From: a virus
Taxonomy: Duplodnaviria; Heunggongvirae; Uroviricota; Caudoviricetes
Direction: 5' to 3' (one strand)
IMG/VR virus record: IMGVR_UViG_3300029305_003293
Span: 54,161-118,160 of that record
Length of the DNA: 64,000 bases
Shown here: one piece after another, positions 40,871 through 51,435 of the stretch
Numbering within the stretch: the stretch's first letter is position 1
Layout of the letters: the number at the start of each line of letters is the position of its first letter
The notes under the pieces: model-generated
What the model was told of the DNA's origin: nothing
Seen by the model: the letters and a program-made list of their open reading frames with translations, nothing else
Databases searched by the model: none
Made by a program: the position numbers and the translations under genes

Positions 40871-41190
40871 TATTCTTCACCTTTGCACATAAGAATTACA
40901 ACTCCAGGATATTCCTCATATTGAAGCAAACTATAAATAATCAAAAAACGATTGCTATTACGAGGGGTATTTGTATAAATAATAGCACATTGTTTATTAT
41001 CTCGCGCCAACATTTTTGGAATAGCATCAACCAACTCGGCCTCGTTATATTCATTTGGAGACACCATGATTCCTGGAATGTACCGAGGACCATTTTCATC
41101 ATAAATAATTGGAATACAAGCATCAAGATTAAAAACATTCTGTAAAATTACAGATTTCATTACTTCGCCTTCATAAATATGAACAGTCAT
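40870..41190 (-). CDS. hypothetical protein
   Basis: 106-aa ORF. Confidence 0.3.
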   Translation of the reverse strand: MTVHIYEGEVMKSVILQNVFNLDACIPIIYDENGPRYIPGIMVSPNEYNEAELVDAIPKMLARDNKQCAIIYTNTPRNSNRFLIIYSLLQYEEYPGVVILMCKGEE

Positions 41191-41948
41191 ACATTACCTC
41201 TAATTACATCATATGCGATTTCATCAAGAAATTTATCTACTTTTTTATAAACAGGATAAGGCATATACTTAGCTTCTTCCATAAAGTTAAGAGCCCAGGT
41301 GTTCATTTCTTCTGCTGCGGTAAGTGCTTCGGTATAGTTCATCGAACCTCTCTTGATCGCAAGCAAAGTATCGATATCCCTGGGAATCATGGCTTCATCA
41401 AAAGGCTCACCTGACGAAAAACGAATTAGAAATTCTTTAAGGCGATACATATGATGAAGTTGCTTGGGATCATAACCATATTTTTCGATATATTCCATTC
41501 GAGAAGGGAATGGATGAGTGATCTTTTTATATTTTTCGTGAATATGACCGTAGGTTGCGTTAATAGTTTGTCGCATATCCATATGAGAAATGTCATGCCG
41601 ATGCATATGTAAATATTCGTATACATCTTTATATCGAGGATTCACCCAAATATAAGGAGTAAAAAGAATTTCAATGAAATTAGGATTCTGCTTACGAAAG
41701 CAGTCAAACATACCACGAATATCTTTTACATCAGCGTGCTCTTCAGTAGGTTTTACAATAAGAGTTTCGCTGACCCATTGTTTATCAAAAACCAGATTAT
41801 GAAGATTGGGAATAATGAGAGATTTAGTATCTACATCAGATTCTTCATCAGCAAGATGATAATTCTGAGAACCTTGAAGCGCAGTAAAAAATACATCATA
41901 TTTTTGCTGAACAAATTCAGCGTGTTCATTTACTCTCTTTTGAATCAT
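41187..41948 (-). CDS. nucleotidyltransferase-domain protein
   Basis: GSQNYHLADEESDVD fits the GS...DxD minimal nucleotidyltransferase motif. Confidence 0.45.
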   Translation of the reverse strand: MIQKRVNEHAEFVQQKYDVFFTALQGSQNYHLADEESDVDTKSLIIPNLHNLVFDKQWVSETLIVKPTEEHADVKDIRGMFDCFRKQNPNFIEILFTPYIWVNPRYKDVYEYLHMHRHDISHMDMRQTINATYGHIHEKYKKITHPFPSRMEYIEKYGYDPKQLHHMYRLKEFLIRFSSGEPFDEAMIPRDIDTLLAIKRGSMNYTEALTAAEEMNTWALNFMEEAKYMPYPVYKKVDKFLDEIAYDVIRGNV

Positions 41949-42124
41949 CTACATCACTCCTTCGGCATACAATGACAAAGAATAGAAAGATCTGCAATAA
42001 TCATACAAAGAAGACCGAGCATTGCAGGTTCTCGGGGAATATTGTATTTAGAACAAATATAGCTGTATCCTACGTAAGCAAGAAAATTGATAATTCTTGA
42101 AACCATTAGAATCTTTCTCCTTTA

Positions 42125-42170
42125 TTTATTTTACATATATATTATATCAAAAATATAAAAAAAAATCAAG
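42125..42170 (-). promoter_or_regulatory. sigma70-type promoter, repeated family
   Basis: Minus strand: TTGATTTTTTTTTATATTTTTGATATAATATATATGTAAA, directly after a terminator. Confidence 0.55.
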
Positions 42171-42196
42171 GAGAAGATTATTCCTTCTCCTTTTTA
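42166..42196 (-). terminator. rho-independent terminator
   Basis: Minus strand: GGAGAAGG-AATAATC-TTCTCC followed by TTGATTTTTTTTT. Confidence 0.5.
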
Positions 42197-42331
42197 TTAT
42201 GAATTTTTCTTACAAATTCATCTGTTGCTTTTGTCTGAGCGCATAACGCTCCAAAAAAGTATCCTAGTGTTCCGCTTAATACAATACAAAAAATTATAGA
42301 TAAAATAGACATATTAAAACTCCTTAAACAA

Positions 42332-42358
42332 AAACCCGCCATAAGGCGGGTTATTTAA
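42332..42358 (-). terminator. rho-independent terminator
   Basis: Minus strand: AACCCGCC-TTAT-GGCGGGTT followed by TTTGTTT; after the vWA gene. Confidence 0.55.
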
Positions 42359-43909
42359 TTACTGAATACAAGCATAACGCTCCTTATTCAGAACTTCCAT
42401 CATCAGATCATAACCAGACTTGCCGGTCATAATAGACTGGAAGATAGAAGGGCTGAAGCCGGACACATAGCTTACCTTGGAACCATCCAACATAGGAATG
42501 TTAGACTGCCGTGCGTTGACATTCCAGAAGATAAGATGAGGAACCTCATAACCTTCTGCACGCCACTGCTTAGCAATACCTTCCATAAGAGTGTCAGCCA
42601 TGTGCATCTGCTCTTCATTAGGACGCTCATTCCAATAACTGTAGTTGCCAGTTGCCCGGTCAAACTCCATATCGGAAATTACGATAATGTTTTGAGGCAG
42701 ATCTGCCTGAGACATCTTATAACGACGAGCAGTAGTGAGAAGCATATTAAATGCAGCCTCAATATTGGTATTCTGGCACAGATTAGTCGCAACGATGCGA
42801 TCAACCTTGTCGCAGAAGTCTACACCTTCACACTCAATCAACTGAGGACGAGAACTGAAGGAGATGTAATGATTAGCAAAAGGACCATTGGCCTTTTCCG
42901 CACAATACAGACCGAAAGAGACAGCAACATTCATAGGAGTGCCAAGCATAGAACCCGAAGTGTCCACCATGGCAAGAGCATTGAAGGTTGCACCATTGAA
43001 ATAATCGGTAAGATTATCCCAATACTTATTAATCATGAGACGATCAGTATTATCGAGAGCAGGCTTTTCACGACGGGCCCAAGTGTAAGACTGAGGCTGA
43101 GGCTCCATCAGATTAATAGCCTTTTCAACGACTTCGTAAGGATAAAGAGTGCCGGCATTAACCTTAGTATTCTCATCCTTAGCGAAATCAGCATAAGACT
43201 GAACATTCTCATTCTTCATACGCTCAAGATCGTGGCGAGCGAAAGCGTTCTTATAGATAAGACCAGCCTTAGAAGGGATCTTATCAAACTCAATCTCGTC
43301 CCAACGATTCTCAGACATCAACTTCTCAAGAACATTGATGCGAGTGCGCAGAGCAGCAAGAACCTTGCGGTATTCCTTATGGGTCATACCGAGATAGCTG
43401 CGAGTGATATTACCCAGACGAGTAGATTCCTTAGAAGAAGCATTCTCGCTCTTGAGCCACTTTGCCAGCAAAGAAGGAGTCTTACACTCAACATCCAGTG
43501 CAAGCTGGTGCTTCATGATGGACAAAGCATCTTCCTGAAGAGGAGTGTCGATAAAAGCATACAGATCATCCCAGCGACCGAACTCAGGGATATGCTTCAT
43601 ATTGCGGCGAATCGCCTCTCGGCTATCAGCCTGCTTTGCAGCATCAGTCAGAATGGTGCGGAAGAAACGACGCTCGCCCTGGCCACCACGCACATCTCGG
43701 ATATAGAAAAGACACTTCAGCGCATAAACAGGATTTTCCTGAAATGCCTTACGCCACATAAGGATAATATCCGACTCATCGCGCTGACGCATAGCCGCAC
43801 CCATAGCAAACATATCCATCAGATTGCTGGTAGTAGTCTTATGAGTAAGAGCGCCATTTTCAGTGAAAGTCAGATTAGTATCATTCTTCAAAGCATTAAG
43901 CATAGTCAT
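42359..43909 (-). CDS. vWA-domain protein (DUF2828/TROVE-like)
   Basis: MIDAS-like VDTSGSM. 516 aa. A 5' UTR hairpin (GCCCCTTG...CAAGGGGC) lies at 43941-43958. Confidence 0.45.
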   Translation of the reverse strand: MTMLNALKNDTNLTFTENGALTHKTTTSNLMDMFAMGAAMRQRDESDIILMWRKAFQENPVYALKCLFYIRDVRGGQGERRFFRTILTDAAKQADSREAIRRNMKHIPEFGRWDDLYAFIDTPLQEDALSIMKHQLALDVECKTPSLLAKWLKSENASSKESTRLGNITRSYLGMTHKEYRKVLAALRTRINVLEKLMSENRWDEIEFDKIPSKAGLIYKNAFARHDLERMKNENVQSYADFAKDENTKVNAGTLYPYEVVEKAINLMEPQPQSYTWARREKPALDNTDRLMINKYWDNLTDYFNGATFNALAMVDTSGSMLGTPMNVAVSFGLYCAEKANGPFANHYISFSSRPQLIECEGVDFCDKVDRIVATNLCQNTNIEAAFNMLLTTARRYKMSQADLPQNIIVISDMEFDRATGNYSYWNERPNEEQMHMADTLMEGIAKQWRAEGYEVPHLIFWNVNARQSNIPMLDGSKVSYVSGFSPSIFQSIMTGKSGYDLMMEVLNKERYACIQ

Positions 43910-43961
43910 TACGCATTTCTCCTTTTTCTCTTATAGTATGCCCCTTGGGACAAGGGGCTTT

Positions 43962-44008
43962 CTTTACCTTACTTATATATTATAACAAAAATTTTTGAAT
44001 TTTTCAAA
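43962..44008 (-). promoter_or_regulatory. sigma70-type promoter, repeated family
   Basis: Minus strand: TTGAAAAATTCAAAAATTTTTGTTATAATATATAAGTAAGGT. Confidence 0.6.
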
Positions 44009-44010
44009 TA

Positions 44011-44202
44011 TTAGTCATTTCTTCCCCAGCCTTTTAGAAGATCTTGCTTATATTTAATATAATGTTTATTGCCGCAATTTGGACAAACAATATGTTGATC
44101 TTCGAGTGTGCCGCGGATGTCTTTGAATCTATATGCTAATGTCGCTAAACACCAGCTACATTCAGTTAGCGCTTTTGGTGGTTTGCGGATTATCGTTACC
44201 AC
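44011..44202 (-). CDS. zinc-ribbon protein
   Basis: CxxC...CPNCGNKH. Confidence 0.3.
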   Translation of the reverse strand: MVTIIRKPPKALTECSWCLATLAYRFKDIRGTLEDQHIVCPNCGNKHYIKYKQDLLKGWGRND

Positions 44203-44650
44203 TCAATTCACTCCTTACCCTCATAAGAATTTCACCGAGCATATTACGGCCCTCAATATTTTTACAACGATCACATTTACAATTGCCCCAAATATTATCG
44301 TGCCACCAGTTTCCCTCTTCAAGTTCTGCATCACCAGTAGCAAGCAACTTTTTTAGCAATTGCGGATTTTGTTGATATTTATCTACTTGAACCGCATACA
44401 TTACTTCATATTTTACTTGTTCCCAATCGCCACGCATATTAACTGCTCTACCTCTTGACTTAGCAAGACCTGGCGTATGCGCCTGAGCGATATACTGCAT
44501 ATCATTGAAATTGGTTGCTTTTAACATTTGAAAAGCGTGTTCTGCGGTAGGAACACTAATTCCATATCGAGTAATAGGAGAATAAGTGAAATTGCTGAGA
44601 AATTCATACTCTCCTGTAAAAGAATCAATCTTTTCCATTTTATCCTCCAA
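44162..44650 (-). CDS. NADAR (YbiA-like) domain protein
   Basis: EFLSNF...AEHAFQ...GNW...WGNC...LG.ILM.VR matches the NADAR signature. Confidence 0.6.
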   Translation of the reverse strand: MEDKMEKIDSFTGEYEFLSNFTYSPITRYGISVPTAEHAFQMLKATNFNDMQYIAQAHTPGLAKSRGRAVNMRGDWEQVKYEVMYAVQVDKYQQNPQLLKKLLATGDAELEEGNWWHDNIWGNCKCDRCKNIEGRNMLGEILMRVRSELSGNDNPQTTKSAN

Positions 44651-45124
44651 TTAGGTCAATACAAGTGAAGTAGGCATCTTAACAGTGTCGGTAGAGAGAC
44701 AATGCTTTACAAGAAGCGCAATTCGCGCAGCAAGTCCCTCAGGAGAATTATCAACATCACCGCAGTCCATATTATAAAAATTAGTGCAACCGCAATAGGT
44801 CATAAGACTTACTGCTTCTCTTGTATACTGGAATACAATAATAGGTTTACAGCGAGCATATGCATAACCCTGCTCCCAGTTAGTGCCTGCAGTAGATACT
44901 CGACCAGGAGTAATCATTACCATTAGATCGGCCTCATTAAGAGCTTTAAGATCTGCATTAAAAACCATCTGAGCCCATACTTCCTGAGGATAATCCCAAG
45001 CATTTTCAATTTTCAGCTCAAAAGGACAATAAACTTCATGGCCCAGTTTACGAAGATGCTTAGCAATACACTGCATAATAGTACGCTTATCAGAACCGCA
45101 AGAACCAGCAAGATAGATCTTCAT
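44651..45124 (-). CDS. nucleoside 2-deoxyribosyltransferase-like protein
   Basis: N-terminal MKIYLAGS and the overall nucleoside deoxyribosyltransferase-family fold signature. Confidence 0.55.
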   Translation of the reverse strand: MKIYLAGSCGSDKRTIMQCIAKHLRKLGHEVYCPFELKIENAWDYPQEVWAQMVFNADLKALNEADLMVMITPGRVSTAGTNWEQGYAYARCKPIIVFQYTREAVSLMTYCGCTNFYNMDCGDVDNSPEGLAARIALLVKHCLSTDTVKMPTSLVLT

Positions 45125-45139
45125 CTATATTACCTCTTT

Positions 45140-45190
45140 CATTTCTTATTATATATATATTATAACAAAAATATAAAAAAAAAATCAAGG
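45140..45190 (-). promoter_or_regulatory. sigma70-type promoter, repeated family
   Basis: Minus strand: TTGATTTTTTTTTTATATTTTTGTTATAATATATATATAATAAG, directly after a terminator. Confidence 0.5.
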
Positions 45191-45215
45191 TGAGATTTTT
45201 TAATCTCACCTTATA
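45183..45215 (-). terminator. rho-independent terminator
   Basis: Minus strand: AAGGTGAGATT-AAAAAA-TCTCACCTT followed by GATTTTTTTTTT; directly after the TAA of the fibre-like gene. Confidence 0.6.
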
Positions 45216-46020
45216 ATTAATAATAATATCTAATATTGCAAAAAGAAGTAGAAGAACTGCTATTACCTGTGGCGTCAGTATATCCACCAACATAAGAAAT
45301 AGTTTTTTCTCCGATAATATCTGAAACATCAATTGTATATTCGGCCCATGAACTACTTGTAATTGATCTATAATTTAACATCATATCAGCATAAATTACA
45401 GGAGAAGATGCTGTTAAACCGTCTGATACATAAAAACCTATATTGCCATGATCAGCATTTTTTCTTGCACAAAATTTAATTTGCTAAACATATGTTAAGT
45501 CTCTAATATCATCCCATCTTAAATAAGAAGATTTTGCACCAGAACTTGATGTTGATGAACCAACAATTGTAAAACCTGCACTTCCATCTACCTAATTTGT
45601 TAAATAAGTTGGAGAAACATTTTTAAAACCAATTGCTAAATCTGCTCTTGTTACTAAATAATTATAATTTAATTTATATTCATTAATACCAATATATTTA
45701 GCATCTAAAGAATAATTAGTATTAACTCCATTAAAACTATAAATTATATTATAAGTCCCAATTGCTGGTAAATTAAATATCCAATTGCCGGAATTATTTA
45801 TTCCTTCATATAGAATATTGTCTTTAGAAACAGTGATAGTAGCATCTAAATTAGAAGTTATTATTTTTAATGTTGGATGTAATGTATCAAGATATGATTT
45901 ATCTGAAGAAGAAAATAATCCATTTATATCTGATGTTGCATTTGGAATTACAATATGTCCTATCATATTATTAACAGATAAAACAGGCGGTGGCGGGGTT
46001 GGAGTCAAAAATCCTATCAT
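45216..46020 (-). CDS. fibre/receptor-binding-like structural protein with 2 in-frame TAG codons
   Basis: RBS GAGAGGTGA plus an ATG at 46018-46020. The track ORF 45592-46020 continues in frame through TAG (...SPTYLTN-TAG-VDGSAGFTIVG...LTYV-TAG-QIKFCARK...). It ends at a TAA, followed by a hairpin and T-tract. Confidence 0.4.
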
Positions 46021-46050
46021 TTTAATATCACCTCTCTACTTTATCTCAAA

Positions 46051-46090
46051 AAAAAAAAATAGACTGGCCTTTCCAGGCCAGTTTTTATTT
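46051..46090 (-). terminator. rho-independent terminator
   Basis: Minus strand: CTGGCC-TGGAAA-GGCCAG followed by TCTATTTTTTTTTTTT. Confidence 0.6.
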
Positions 46091-46626
46091 TAACTCAATT
46101 TTTTCCAATCGCTCGCAATACTACGACGAACATATTTACTATATGCATTTCCTGCGTGATCAAATAAAAGAGCCCAGCCATAAAAATGTTGACTATTTTG
46201 TTCGGCAATTTTATATGTATCAACAAAGAAAATACCACGGCAAGAAGAATCAACTTCTCTTGCACCTACCGGGATATCTTGACAACTGCGTTCCATATAC
46301 ATAGTATAAAGACCAGGACCAAGTTCATCCATTTTATCAACAAGCATCATATCATTTGTTGGACCAAGAGCAATTTTATGTTCACCATTTTCGCGCATAA
46401 TCTTAGCAAAAGGCATTGCGGCAAGCGCTTCCATAGTTACATAATTATCTGTTTCCTCAGCATCAGGGCAGATCCATTCACCTTTACTATTGGCCATATA
46501 CTCTTTACCATTTTCAATTACAAAACAGGTATCACCCATTGATTGAAATGGAACATTTTCTAAATCTGCAATAGTGTCTGCAATATAATGTTTATCCGTG
46601 CTTGGGGCGTATCTTTGAAAAGCCAT
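46090..46626 (-). CDS. hypothetical protein
   Basis: 178-aa ORF with no internal stops. A terminator hairpin follows at 46051-46090. Confidence 0.4.
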   Translation of the reverse strand: MAFQRYAPSTDKHYIADTIADLENVPFQSMGDTCFVIENGKEYMANSKGEWICPDAEETDNYVTMEALAAMPFAKIMRENGEHKIALGPTNDMMLVDKMDELGPGLYTMYMERSCQDIPVGAREVDSSCRGIFFVDTYKIAEQNSQHFYGWALLFDHAGNAYSKYVRRSIASDWKKLS

Positions 46627-46640
46627 AATTATTCCTCCAA

Positions 46641-47483
46641 TTAATCTAATTTATCTGCTAATCTTGCAGTAGCAGAGCGTTCTGTTGTTGGGAGATTTAC
46701 ATATTGAAAAAGAGGATCTCCAGCAAGTCTATCAACCATTCTGCGCAATCCAGAATTGTCTTCAAATACTTTTTTATCAACTTGAGAATAATCTCCTTCT
46801 ATCCAAAGGTTAGAACCTTCACCAACACGACCAATCAAAAGTTGGACATGCTGTTTAGTTAGATTCTCTGCTTCAGATGAAATAATAATTGAATTTTTAA
46901 TATCTCTGCCGCGAATAAAACCTAAATGTTGAATTTCAATTTGATTGCGGAAAATCATATCATTTACTTGTTCCATACCACCAAGATGGTCGGCGAGTGG
47001 TCCAACATATGGTGCAAGTTTTTCTTCTGCAGTTCCAGGTAGAGCACCTAAAGATACAGTATCTTTAACTTCAATATTATTACGAACCCATACAAGTTTT
47101 TCAAACTTTCCATCTAAAATCTAACTCATTGCATGTGCTACCATTAAGAAAGTTTTACCACTACCAAAACAACCAGTTAATACTTTTACTGTTGACTATT
47201 CATTTTGAAGCATATCAAATGCAAGTCGTTGTTCAATATTTCTCGGTGTGACCTTACCAAGTAAATCATTCTTAATAGGTTTATAGGTAATATGTCTATA
47301 TTTTTCACCAGTCCAGCAATAAGCATCGGCTGGATGTCCATCAGTATCCAGCACGACAAGATATTCACCAATATTAGAAAAATATATATTCCAATCTGGA
47401 TGACTATAAAAATCACTTAAATTAGGATCGTCGGCAGAAATAATCTTATAACCAGTATATCGTTCCATAATCATTCTCCTCAA
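46641..47483 (-). CDS. phoH: PhoH-like ATPase with 2 in-frame TAG codons (47196-47198 and 47121-47123)
   Basis: Track ORFs 47196-47483 and 46641-46976 join in one frame. Walker A GCFGSGKTFLMVA lies between the TAGs. The C-terminal GDYSQVD...SGL motifs are typical of PhoH. Confidence 0.65.
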
Positions 47484-48097
47484 GGTAATAAATCTGCGAT
47501 AGTATCAACAATGGCATCATATACACCGTGCTCGAGACCCTCTTGCGCTGTAATATACCAATCGCTAACAATATTTTCGGCGACTTCTTCTTCCGTATAT
47601 GAAGTTCGTTCACATACAAAGTGTGTTAATCTTTCAATTTCAGCTTGATATGCCAATACTGAAGGAAGAATTTCCGCATATGTACCAGAAAATGCGCCGC
47701 TGCCTTGATGGAATAACAATTTAGAACGTGGTAAAGTGAATCGTTTATGGCAAGAGAGTAAAATATACGCCGCGGAACTATAAGCATTACCCATATTATA
47801 ACCATATACAGGAGTCTTGCTTAAAGTGATTACATCAATTAAACTATTATTAACACTTAAATCTCCACCAGGGGAAAAGATAAATAGTTTAATTGGTTTG
47901 CGCTCTTCTGGCGGCAAGTGCTTATCCTCTTGATTCCATTGAAGAATATATTTTGTGATATATAAAGTATCTTCTCCAACTTCATCATCTAGCCAAATAA
48001 TACGGTTCTCTAAATCAGAATAATACTAAACTAAAGCGGGGTCGGGAGTTGTAAATTTTCTACTGATTTAGGAAGAGATACCAAAGTTACGTCCATT
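47480..48097 (-). CDS. ClpP-like serine protease with one in-frame TAG and an apparent -1 frame discontinuity near 48050
   Basis: FSPGGDLSVNNSLIDVI...VYGYNMGNAYSSAAYIL plus an upstream in-frame YYSDLENRIIWLDDEVGED. The ATG with RBS AAGGAGG at 48095-48097 is in the -1 frame across the heptamer A_AAT_TTA. Confidence 0.55.
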
Positions 48098-48109
48098 GGG
48101 TTTTCCTCC

Positions 48110-49054
48110 TTAACATAAGAAAGGTAAATATCCTTCCTTGATTTTTTTTATATATTCAATAACTGAATATTTTAAGATACCAGTTTGAATATCTAATTTA
48201 CAATATTCTTCGATAGGGCAGTCCAATAAATGTGAAAAAAGATTCCAAAATATTGGTAAAGCTCGCCACATATCATATAATTTACGAAGATCAGTTTCTT
48301 GATTTATGTAAATATAATATTTCATAAACCATTCTCGGACTAAATGTATAATTTGTTCATCGGTGAAACTTGGATCTTCTTTCATTTTCTAATAAGTATA
48401 TTCAAAATTTTTGAATTGTTGCCGCATATTATCATATTGAAAAGCATCATTATTTTTGTGATTATAACCATTTGGATTATAATTGTAAACACATATAATA
48501 TTATCAATATTTTGAATCTATGGGTAATAAGCATTACACCAAAAATTAAACACTAAATCTTCACTTGCTGAAATGGAACTAAAATGTATATTATGTTTAT
48601 TTAAAAAATCAAGCTTATATAATGTAGCGTGCGTCCAAACATCTACATTATTTGTAATTTCAATATCTTCTGGAGTTTTATAACGTAACATCAAGCCTTT
48701 TATGATATCAGCTTCACTATATATTGCATGTTCGTATAATACCTATAAACTATTATACCCAAATAGAACATCGTCGGCATCAAGATAATAAATATAATCC
48801 ATATTATCTTGAATAGCTGCTTGTAATCCAATGTTGCGATTAATAGCATGGCCCTAATTCGTATTATTAATAATAACTTGAATATTAATATGTGTTTTAA
48901 AGATATTAAATATATCTGAATAATCTTGATTATCGTCGATAATACAATAAAGTCGACATTGATTAACAATAGACTATATAGCAATAGATGAAAAACATTG
49001 AATCAAATAATCTCGATTATTATAAATTGTTGTTATAATTGCAATATTTTTCAT
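48110..49054 (-). CDS. family-2 glycosyltransferase (GT-A fold) with 5 in-frame TAG codons
   Basis: Read-through translation MKNIAIITTIYNNRDYLIQCFSSI...IIDDNQDYS...YYLDADD (DxD) joins the track ORF 48110-48385. RBS GAGGT precedes the ATG. Confidence 0.5.
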
Positions 49055-49109
49055 TATATACCTCAAATAAAAAAATGGGGAGAATAAAATATTTTATTCT
49101 CCCTTGTAA

Positions 49110-49989
49110 TTATTGTAATTCTTCATAAGCTTCTAATAAAAGTAAAGATCTGGCCTAATCACGGTATTCTGGTTTAATTAAATAATATACTAATGATTCA
49201 ATATAATTAATATTATTGTAATCTCGTCCTGCAATTTTAAAATGAGTGATTCCAAATTGTTGATTTAATTCCAATACTTGCTCATGAGTTAAACAAGATT
49301 TTAATTTATTTAAGCAGTCATAAAAAGTAAGAAAATCACGAGTTTCTGGTTTATAACATTGCAAAGTAATATTTCTATGTTGCTCTTGATTTAAAATATA
49401 TTGACTCTCAATTTTATAATGCAATTTACGATATGGGCATTCATCCGAGCATGCTTCAGACAACATTATCTCTAGATTTTCTGGATATAATAACTATCCT
49501 AATAAATGTGGTTTCATATTAAATCCATAGTCTAAAACAAGCATATCATTTTTACTTTTCTAATTAATTTCATTAATATCATGTAAACATAAAGAAGTAC
49601 TCCAAATAAAATTATATTTAGGAAAACGCTCATGTAAAAATTCTTTTAATTTTGGATCAGTGATAATAATAGAATTTCCATCATGCTCACAAGCCGCAGT
49701 CCATTGTAAATTTTTGAAATCATAATATGCTTCTTGCGGCAATTCACAATTTGTATAAGTATGTCGTAGATTTACTCCTAAATCATAATAATTATCACGT
49801 AAATCATATATGTCTGTAGTTTGTGCATCACAGTATTTATTTGGTTTAATAATTCTGCAACCACCCCAAATACTACCCGGTAAGCAACCATATACAGAAT
49901 CAACAATAGTGTTTTCATACATCCATTCTGGATGTGTTTTCTACAATGTCAAAAATGCCATATTTACATGATAATGACTATAATAACCC
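49110..49989 (-). CDS. Cys-rich hypothetical protein with 4 in-frame TAG codons
   Basis: Continuous frame joining the track ORFs 49560-49922 and 49155-49466 through TAGs at 49560 and 49155, with a further TAG in the N-terminal extension MLKFSIAGYYSHYHVNMAFLTL. Confidence 0.4.
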
Positions 49990-49995
49990 GCGATT

Positions 49996-50285
49996 GAAAA
50001 TTTTAACATTTTTTTTTACTCACTTATTGTATAAATTAAATTAATAATAGTATTATGTTTATTTTTATCATAGGTATATAAAATTTTACTAATATATCCA
50101 TGATATTCTTGCTACATCAATTGATTTTGAGAAACAATATTTAATGTATTTGTACCTAAAATTTTATTTAATACTTGTTGGTCTATATCATTATGTACTA
50201 ATTCAATATATGTCTCTTGTGGTTCAAAAAATATAGACATCTTTTCCGCACAAAAGTTAATATTATTAATTGAACAATTATACAT
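49996..50285 (-). CDS. hypothetical protein with one in-frame TAG
   Basis: MYNCSINNINFCAEK...; the ATG overlaps the upstream TAA (taaatg). Confidence 0.3.
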
Positions 50286-50624
50286 TTAAATATTTACTCC
50301 AAAATTATAATTAATATGGAATTTATTTACTTCCGGTTTATAATTAATATTAACATGAACAATACGCGCTGGAGCTGCGGTTTGATACACTGTGCGAGGT
50401 GCTTCAGAACCATCTTCTCCAGAATATTGTACAATTAGATTAGTAAAAGATTCTTGTGCCAAATTACGTAAGGCAGTAAATTCAGGCATTTCACCTATAT
50501 ATTCACAATTAATCCATATTGGATTTACTTCATCGCCTGGTTGAAACATAATATTAAAATTAACAAGATTTAAATGAATACCAGCAGGATTTGATTCTGT
50601 TGGTAAAATTAATGTATAAGACAT
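50286..50624 (-). CDS. hypothetical protein
   Basis: RBS GAGGAGG lies 8 nt upstream of ATG-MSYTLILPTESNPAG... Confidence 0.35.
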   Translation of the reverse strand: MSYTLILPTESNPAGIHLNLVNFNIMFQPGDEVNPIWINCEYIGEMPEFTALRNLAQESFTNLIVQYSGEDGSEAPRTVYQTAAPARIVHVNINYKPEVNKFHINYNFGVNI

Positions 50625-50628
50625 AAGT

Positions 50629-50832
50629 TTATTCCTCCTCAATATTACACAAATACTTACACTTTAAACGAAAAAATCTTCGTATTTCATAATAATCATT
50701 TTCAAAAATCAATGTTTTATTAATTTTTAATTTTTTACTTAAATGATTATTATCATAGAATATTTGAATTGTTTCAACATTACTATAATCATAGTTATTA
50801 TCAATTTCATTATTTGAATAAATTTCAAACAT
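50629..50832 (-). CDS. hypothetical protein
   Basis: 67-aa Asn/Tyr-rich ORF. Confidence 0.3.
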   Translation of the reverse strand: MFEIYSNNEIDNNYDYSNVETIQIFYDNNHLSKKLKINKTLIFENDYYEIRRFFRLKCKYLCNIEEE

Positions 50833-50936
50833 AATTGTTATAGTTGATAATTTTCCTTGTTCATCATAAGAATGTGCTTCTTCAAAAAAATTAATATTAT
50901 GATTAGTAGTAATATTATTCTATAATAATTGTGCAA

Positions 50937-51431
50937 TTAACATGATGACTCATCCTTTAATAAGGAAGTTAAAAATCGATGTGATAACTTATATGGAGTA
51001 GCACTATTATTAATAACTCCCTGCTGCTGAATAATTAAACTTTCACATTGCAAAAGTAAAGTAGATAAACTATTTTTCATTAAAACTAATTTAGATAAAT
51101 TGGATATAAGTTCTAAATATTGTTCATCATTAAACATTAAGCTATAGTTTTGTACTAATACAATAATAGCTTCATAAATAGAAAAGGCTTCCTGATCTAC
51201 TTCTTCTAATATTAATGCCGGCAATAATAGCAATCCATGTCCAAGGATTTTCTAATCTTCTTCATTTAAAGTAAATTCAAAAGTCTCATCATCAAGTTTT
51301 TGTTCTACCATTCTACAAATTTCTTTAAGTACTGGCATAAAACCTTGACAAAAAATTCTCATATTATTCGCAAGAATATAAGGATGAGTATCTAAATAAA
51401 CAATCCATTCTTTTACACTTTCAAATTCCAT
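50937..51431 (-). CDS. hypothetical protein with one in-frame TAG
   Basis: MEFESVKEWIVYLDTHPY...NEED-TAG-KILGHGLLLLPALILEEVDQ... joins the track ORF 50937-51233. Confidence 0.35.
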
Positions 51432-51435
51432 ATAA

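Noticed and set aside
42536-43936. Plus-strand 466-aa ORF
   Set aside because: It is antisense to the vWA-domain gene 42359-43909, has no motifs, and is probably spurious.
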